Assembly (NCBI GenBank): GCA_050331735.1
Contig: JBHJGN010000018.1
Location: 9,021 to 73,020 of the forward strand
Length of the DNA stretch: 64,000 nt
Reading direction: 5' to 3'
Source: Cyanophyceae cyanobacterium
Lineage (GTDB): Bacteria; Cyanobacteriota; Cyanobacteriia; Cyanobacteriales; JBHJGN01
The notes below the pieces were generated by a model that was not told where the DNA came from, made no database searches, and worked only from the letters and a program-made list of their open reading frames with translations. This document shows, piece after piece, positions 58,778 through 64,000 of the stretch. The translations under genes and the position numbers were made by a program. Position 1 is the first letter of the stretch, and the number at the start of each line of letters is the position of its first letter.

Positions 58778-59953
58778 ATGGTGCAGCGGCTTGGATATCT
58801 TTCAGCGGCCCCGAGAGTCTCGACACGTCCAGATGCGGATGCAGCGGGACCTCGTTCTCACGTTCTCGGAGTGATACAGGGTTTTGAAGCTCTGGGCTGG
58901 CAAGTTCACCCCTTTATTGTAGGAGATCGCGTGTCTCGCCAATTCGCTAAAGGCGGCTCGCCAAGCACTCTTAGCTCCAGTTTGCTCAAAAGGCTAGCAG
59001 CCGATGTGGTGCGGCTCTCCCTGGGAACAATTAATTCTAGACGAGCGTGGCAGGAGCTCCAGGGGGTAGATTGGGTATACGAACGTTTTGCCTCTCTACA
59101 GGCGCTGGGCGGCAGTTTTCAACGACGCGGAATTCCCTGGATACTAGAAACGAACGCTCTTTATTTCTATGAAGCCAAGGTTGAGCGCAAAAGTGTAGCG
59201 CTAGGTGGACTGGCCCGGCAGCTAGAGCTGAGAGCCTACCAGCAGTGCAATGTTTTAGTCTGTATCAGCGACACTCTCAAAGAAATTATCTTGAGCGAGA
59301 CAGGCATGGCTCCTGAAAAAATCGTGGTGATGCCTAATGGAGTAGATACTGATTTTTTTAACCCCGACCTGTACAGTTCTCAGCGCGTTTTTGACAATTT
59401 TACGGTAGGCTTTATTGGTACGTTAAGTCCCTGGCAGCGGCTAGATTTGCTCTTAGAAGCCGTTAGGGAACTGCAAGTAGAAGGTTTGGAGCTATCGCTA
59501 GTCGTCGTCGGGGATGGCATGATGTACGACGAATGGCGATCGCTTGCAGAGCAATTAGAGCTGGCGCGGGTTCAGTTTGTGGGACGGATACCGCGACAAG
59601 AAATACCGCAATGGATTGCTGGATTTGATGTTGGCTACTCGGGTCATGCAAAATTACAGATTGGAAAAGTGTATCAATCTCCCCTCAAACTCTACGAATA
59701 CATGGCTATGAGTAAACCCGTCGTCGCTTCTGCTTTAGAAGATTCCCAACGAGTCATTCAAAATGGAGTAACAGGATTTCTGTTTGAAGGAGGTAACAAA
59801 GAAGATCTTAAACAGGCTTTAACAAAAGCTTATCAATCGCAGTCTATGCTACCGACGATGGGGCGTAGAGCTCGTGAAGAAATTGTAGCTAAACATAGTT
59901 GGAAAAACCGAGTAAGTACTCTTATTGCAGAAGTCGAGCGCAGACTGAAATAA
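58778..59953 (+). CDS. GT4 glycosyltransferase
   Basis: VYER, PNGVD, GFIG, VVGDG, SPLKLYEYMA. Confidence 0.92.
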   Translation: MVQRLGYLSAAPRVSTRPDADAAGPRSHVLGVIQGFEALGWQVHPFIVGDRVSRQFAKGGSPSTLSSSLLKRLAADVVRLSLGTINSRRAWQELQGVDWVYERFASLQALGGSFQRRGIPWILETNALYFYEAKVERKSVALGGLARQLELRAYQQCNVLVCISDTLKEIILSETGMAPEKIVVMPNGVDTDFFNPDLYSSQRVFDNFTVGFIGTLSPWQRLDLLLEAVRELQVEGLELSLVVVGDGMMYDEWRSLAEQLELARVQFVGRIPRQEIPQWIAGFDVGYSGHAKLQIGKVYQSPLKLYEYMAMSKPVVASALEDSQRVIQNGVTGFLFEGGNKEDLKQALTKAYQSQSMLPTMGRRAREEIVAKHSWKNRVSTLIAEVERRLK

Positions 59954-59959
59954 ACAAAA

Positions 59960-60730
59960 ATGGCAGTATCTACCTATCGCTTACTTGGGGTCCGGATCAA
60001 TCCTCTATCGATTCCAGACCTACACGCCGTCATTTCAGAAATCGTCCAGTCCAATCAACGCCGCGTGATCGCAAGTCAAAACCTACACAGCATCTATGTT
60101 TACCATCACGATGCCAAGATGAGAGCGTTTGGAACACGGGCAGATTACATGCGGGTTGATGGGATGCCTATTGTTTTGTTAGGTCAAATGTTAGGATACC
60201 CCTTAACTCGAGAACACCGCGTTACCTACGTTGATTGGATTCGCCCCTTAATGGCAGAAGCAGCCCGACAACACTGGCGAATCTTCTACATGGGGTCTAA
60301 GCCTGGAGTAGCAGAACGAGGCGCTGACGTGCTTCGTCAAGAGTTTCCAGGGTTGGAAATCCAAACAACCGATGGCTACTTTGATATCAACCCAAACAGT
60401 GCTGAGAACCAGCACAAACTGGCGTTGATTAACGCGTACCAGCCCGACGTCTTGATGGTAGGCATGGGAATGCCTCGCCAGGAACACTGGATTTTGGAGA
60501 ATTTAGACCACATTCAGGCCAAAGCTATTTTGACCTGCGGAGCCTGCATCGACTATGTTGCTGGAGAAATTCCGACTCCACCGCGCTGGATGGCGCGGCT
60601 CGGTTTTGAATGGCTCGCGCGTCTATTTAGCGAACCGAAACGACTCTGGAAACGCTATCTGGTAGAACCGTGGTTTGTTGCCAGTCTATTTGTCCGCGAT
60701 CTGTGGAAATTGAGAACTCAGGCAAAATAA
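59960..60730 (+). CDS. WecB/TagA/CpsF-family glycosyltransferase (GT26)
   Basis: VDGMP, RVTYVD, VGMGMPRQEHW, GFEWLARLFSEPKRLWKRY. Confidence 0.93.
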   Translation: MAVSTYRLLGVRINPLSIPDLHAVISEIVQSNQRRVIASQNLHSIYVYHHDAKMRAFGTRADYMRVDGMPIVLLGQMLGYPLTREHRVTYVDWIRPLMAEAARQHWRIFYMGSKPGVAERGADVLRQEFPGLEIQTTDGYFDINPNSAENQHKLALINAYQPDVLMVGMGMPRQEHWILENLDHIQAKAILTCGACIDYVAGEIPTPPRWMARLGFEWLARLFSEPKRLWKRYLVEPWFVASLFVRDLWKLRTQAK

Positions 60731-60791
60731 AGTCTCCCAGGCAAGAACTGCTAGATGCGGTAATTTGTTAGTAGTTTTTCTTTGAAAAGTC

Positions 60792-62072
60792 ATGAAATCT
60801 TACGGTCTGCTAGAGCGAACGGTTGCTAAGTATCTTGAGGCTTTTCCTGCTGTCCGCAACGTTTCAAAAACTGTATACCATCGCCTCAATTACCTTTATT
60901 TTTCCGAAAAAGGGTTTCAAAGCGCTTTACATCCGCAAGTACAGCTACGAACGCCAGCCCAATGGGCAGAGACAGAACCGGAGTCAGGAGAGTTGTTTTT
61001 CGGCTATTACGATAAATCCCCCTGGTCGCCAGATATGACTCAAGCGGTGTTTCATCGTCTCCAGGAGAATCAGGTAGAAATTAAACTCTACAATTGTACG
61101 CAACATAGCTGTCAGACGATTGGGGTTTCATCGACCTGGAATTATCAGCAGGGAAGTATGACCCAGTGGCTGCCGGGAAGCGAAAGGAAAATTATCTTCA
61201 ACGATTTGGTAAATGGCAAACTGGCCGCGAGCATCGTCTCACCAGGAGGAGGGGAAGCCACAATTCCATGGCCTGTGCAGGTGATTCACCCCAGTGGCAA
61301 AGAAGCGTTAGCGATTAACTACAAGCGCCTGGATCAGGTTTCTGAATATGGTTACGCCGTCGCTGCCGAAAATTTCCGTAGCGATTTGCCGACCGACCAA
61401 GATGGAATTTGGCTCATCAATTTAGAGACCGGTCAGGGAAAATTGCTGATCGATCTCGCGACGCTGATGGCTCATCAGCCGCGTCCAGAAATGGCTGACT
61501 CCGAGCATCAGATTAATCATCTTGTCTACTCGCCGCAAGGCAAGCGATTTATTTTTATGCATCGCTGGACTGGACCGCAGGGCAGATTCTCTCGCATGTA
61601 CGTTGCTAATGCTGACGGCAGCGATTGGCGGTTGCTGATGGACGATCGCATGGTGTCTCACTATTCCTGGCGCGATGAAGAGCACCTGCTGACGTGGGCG
61701 CGAATTGAAGCCGTTGGCGATCGCTATTACCTGATCAATGTCGTGACAGGGGAATGGCAGATTGTTGGCGATGGCGTATTAAACTCCTACGGTGACGGAC
61801 ATCCTTCCTACTCTCCTGACCGTCGCTGGATTGTTACCGATACTTACCCAAACCGCGCGCGCCAGCGGACTCTATTACTGTATGAAGTAGCAACCAATCG
61901 GGTGACTGAACTCGGACGCTTTCTCGCACCGTGGCAGTTTGATGGGGACAAACGATGCGATCTTCATCCACGCTGGAGTCCGAACGGGCAAATGATTTCC
62001 ATCGATTCTGCTCATGAAGGAAGGCGAATGACCTATATGTTAGACGTAAGCGCTATCATTGATGGCGACTAG
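60792..62072 (+). CDS. TolB/oligogalacturonate-lyase-like beta-propeller protein
   Basis: FFGYYDKSPW, WNYQQG, NHLVYSPQG.RFIFMHRW, DGHPSYSPD, TDTYP, RCDLHPRWSP. Confidence 0.7.
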   Translation: MKSYGLLERTVAKYLEAFPAVRNVSKTVYHRLNYLYFSEKGFQSALHPQVQLRTPAQWAETEPESGELFFGYYDKSPWSPDMTQAVFHRLQENQVEIKLYNCTQHSCQTIGVSSTWNYQQGSMTQWLPGSERKIIFNDLVNGKLAASIVSPGGGEATIPWPVQVIHPSGKEALAINYKRLDQVSEYGYAVAAENFRSDLPTDQDGIWLINLETGQGKLLIDLATLMAHQPRPEMADSEHQINHLVYSPQGKRFIFMHRWTGPQGRFSRMYVANADGSDWRLLMDDRMVSHYSWRDEEHLLTWARIEAVGDRYYLINVVTGEWQIVGDGVLNSYGDGHPSYSPDRRWIVTDTYPNRARQRTLLLYEVATNRVTELGRFLAPWQFDGDKRCDLHPRWSPNGQMISIDSAHEGRRMTYMLDVSAIIDGD

Positions 62073-63282
62073 ACGCGAGTTGAGTAGGATGTTGAGAAGA
62101 AGCGTAACAAAATCAAGAATCACTAGGCGTCGTACTCTTTGTTTAGGATTATCAGCTTTAGCCAGCGCAGCCGCTCTATCAAATGGAATAGTATTGTCTA
62201 GAGGCAAACAGCAACCAATGGAAGTGAGCGAGGAAGAAATTTTATCTTCTTCCTTAAGAAAGTATGCGGGGGCTAAGGGGATGCTCTACGGAGCCGCTGG
62301 TCGGTCCTCTGCTCTATCAAAAGATCCTGAATTTGCTCAGATCTTTGCTCAAGAATGCAACATTTTAGTGACTGAAAGTGAACTGAAATGGAAAGCGCTG
62401 CGCCCCAGTCCAGATCAATTTGACTTCACGCGGGGCAATCGCCTGCTTCAGTTTGCCCGCGAGCACAACCTCCTGTTTCGGGGACATACGCTCCTCTGGC
62501 ACAAAAAACTACCCGCCTGGTTCAAGGAAACGCTAAATCGCCAGAATGCCGAACAGTTTTTGGTGGAGCACGTTCAAACAGTCGCAAAATACTATTCAGG
62601 ACAAATGCATTCCTGGGACGTTGTCAATGAAGCGGTGAAAGTAGCTGACGGTCGGTCCGATGGGCTGCGAAAAACTCCGTGGCTGGAGTTTCTCGGTCCT
62701 AACTATATCGATCTAGCCTTTCGCGTTGCCGCTGAGGCCGATCCCCACGCTTTGCTAGTTTATAACGATTACGGATTTGACTACAGCGATTCTAGAGATC
62801 GAGCCAAGAGAAACGCTGTTTTAGAGCTGCTGTATCGCCTCAAAATGAAGGGAACCCCCGTTCATGCTCTCGGAATTCAGGCTCATCTGTGGGGTCGCAA
62901 ACGAAGCTCCTTTGACTCCAATCAATTTAGAGATTTTCTTCGTCATGTTGGTAGTCTCGACCTTAAGATTATCATCACTGAGCTAGATGTTACAGATCGG
63001 ACTCTGCCTAGAAACATAGACGAGCGCGATCGCCTAGTGGCTCAAATCTACTATGATTATCTGTCCGTCGTGCTAGAAGAACCGGCGGTGATTGGCGTTC
63101 TCACGTGGGGACTCAGCGATCGCTATACTTGGCTTTCTCAAAAAAGACCTCGTGCTGACGGTGCGCCAGTGCGTCCGCTGCTGCTTGATCAAAACCTCGA
63201 ACGCAAGCCTGCCTGGTATGCGGTCACGCGAGCGATCAATAGCACTCCTAATCGCCAATTTAACAACCCATCAACGCAATGA
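62062..63282 (+). CDS. GH10 endo-1,4-beta-xylanase-family glycoside hydrolase with a Tat-like signal
   Basis: TRRRTL followed by a hydrophobic stretch; RGHTLLWH, WDVVNEA (acid/base), YNDY, GIQAH, ITELDV (nucleophile), WG..D.YTW. Confidence 0.93.
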   Translation: MATRRELSRMLRRSVTKSRITRRRTLCLGLSALASAAALSNGIVLSRGKQQPMEVSEEEILSSSLRKYAGAKGMLYGAAGRSSALSKDPEFAQIFAQECNILVTESELKWKALRPSPDQFDFTRGNRLLQFAREHNLLFRGHTLLWHKKLPAWFKETLNRQNAEQFLVEHVQTVAKYYSGQMHSWDVVNEAVKVADGRSDGLRKTPWLEFLGPNYIDLAFRVAAEADPHALLVYNDYGFDYSDSRDRAKRNAVLELLYRLKMKGTPVHALGIQAHLWGRKRSSFDSNQFRDFLRHVGSLDLKIIITELDVTDRTLPRNIDERDRLVAQIYYDYLSVVLEEPAVIGVLTWGLSDRYTWLSQKRPRADGAPVRPLLLDQNLERKPAWYAVTRAINSTPNRQFNNPSTQ

Positions 63283-63317
63283 CATGAATCAGACTATCAA
63301 TATGACAAAGGAAGTGA

Positions 63318-63513
63318 ATGAACCAGATAACACCAATAAATGATTTCGCCTTACTGATTGGAGCGACGAAATGTGGCACAAGCAAATTGTTTAGCTTCTT
63401 ATCCAAATGTTCGCAATTCGACAGTTTCAGCCAAAGGACTCCCACTTTCCTATAGAAATTAGAAATCAATTGGTTAAAAGGGCTTCCATAGTATCAGAGA
63501 TTGTTGAACTTTA
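63318..63513 (+). pseudogene. Sulfotransferase 5' remnant
   Basis: MNQITPINDFALLIGATKCGTSKLFSFLS, then in shifted frames KDSHF and NWLKGLP*YQRLL, tracking the IGAxKCGTT..KEPHFF..W.KG..WY pattern. Confidence 0.7.
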
Positions 63514-63577
63514 ATATTATCCTTTGCAAGGTATTTCACAATCTGTAAGGATAAAAACGGAGAAAGCGGGTGTAACT

Positions 63578-63886
63578 ATGAGTATAACTACAAAGAGAGG
63601 CAAAATGAAAAAGATCTTTGCGCTGAAGAAAAGGCAGATTATGAAAAAGGCTTGTAGCGTAGCTTATCCTTTGACTCAGTACAAAAACCGTCCTGGTATA
63701 TTCATGTGGCATCATGGAAGATGTGGTAGTACCGTCCTTGGGAAACTACTTGATCAGCATCCAGATATTAACTGGCGAGGGGAAATATTTGAATTATACG
63801 CTGTTCATGGTATAGAACCATTATCAGTAGAAGAAGATATAAAATACGTACGTGCAATAGGGAGCATGTCAGGTTTGCAAAGGTAG
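63578..63886 (+). pseudogene. Sulfotransferase truncated by an IS insertion (start uncertain)
   Basis: 'FMWHHGRCGSTVLGKLLDQHPDINWRGEIF' 5'-PSB motif; the frame enters IS DNA at about 63860 and stops about 8 codons later. Confidence 0.7.
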
Positions 63887-64000
63887 CAGAAATAGTACAC
63901 TCTAGAGGAACTCACCCAGAGATGCTTAATTATGACTCCAGACAAAGCCGCTCAATTACAAACTTATCTCGATGCCATAGCAGAAATTCTCTACCAAGAG
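63860..64000 (+). mobile_element. Left end of an ISKra4-like insertion sequence with the transposase N-terminus
   Basis: Terminal GGGAGCATGTCAGGTTTGCAAA; ATG 63932 gives MTPDKAAQLQTYLDAIAEILYQE, resembling cyanobacterial ISKra4-family N-termini; runs off the window. Confidence 0.7.

Larger units (their letters stand above)
1330..63123. repeat. HIP1 octamer GCGATCGC dispersed through the window
   Basis: About 45 exact copies counted by eye (e.g. 1330, 5762, 21987, 26216, 30631, 46623, 63116), far more than the roughly one expected by chance; hallmark of cyanobacterial genomes. Confidence 0.95.

Overview
Chromosomal window from a cyanobacterium, judged from the dense HIP1 GCGATCGC octamers and cyanobacteria-type genes. 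The core is housekeeping: ilvE, a cruA-like lycopene cyclase, glyS, purE, nagA, hpnA, tldD, bolA, an lpxB-like gene, a cellulose-synthase-like GT2, two coupled hybrid histidine kinases, and a copper locus (MerR-type operator, a decayed atx1/copZ chaperone gene missing from the ORF track, Cu P1B-ATPase, cupredoxin). Two AT-rich, HIP1-poor glycan islands are present. The first (20.5-27.6 kb) looks like a lipid-linked sugar transfer system: SMR-type flippase, methyltransferase-GT2 fusion, two GT-C-like membrane proteins and FkbM. The second (49.7-64 kb) is a sulfated exopolysaccharide cluster: two Wzy/WaaL paralogs, Wzx, four GTs, several sulfotransferases, a beta-propeller protein and a Tat-exported GH10, cut at the right edge by an ISKra4-like IS. 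A C26 gamma-glutamyl hydrolase sits beside a circularly permuted ATP-grasp ligase that lacks its usual alpha-E/transglutaminase partners. Intergenic DNA carries small mobile or structured elements: two near-identical ~150-bp MITEs, heptamer arrays studded with 13-bp hairpins, an 84-nt three-way-junction element and a 190-bp TIR-bounded element. Several pseudogenes are present. No rRNA, tRNA or CRISPR array was seen. All family assignments come from motif recognition by eye; no database search was run.
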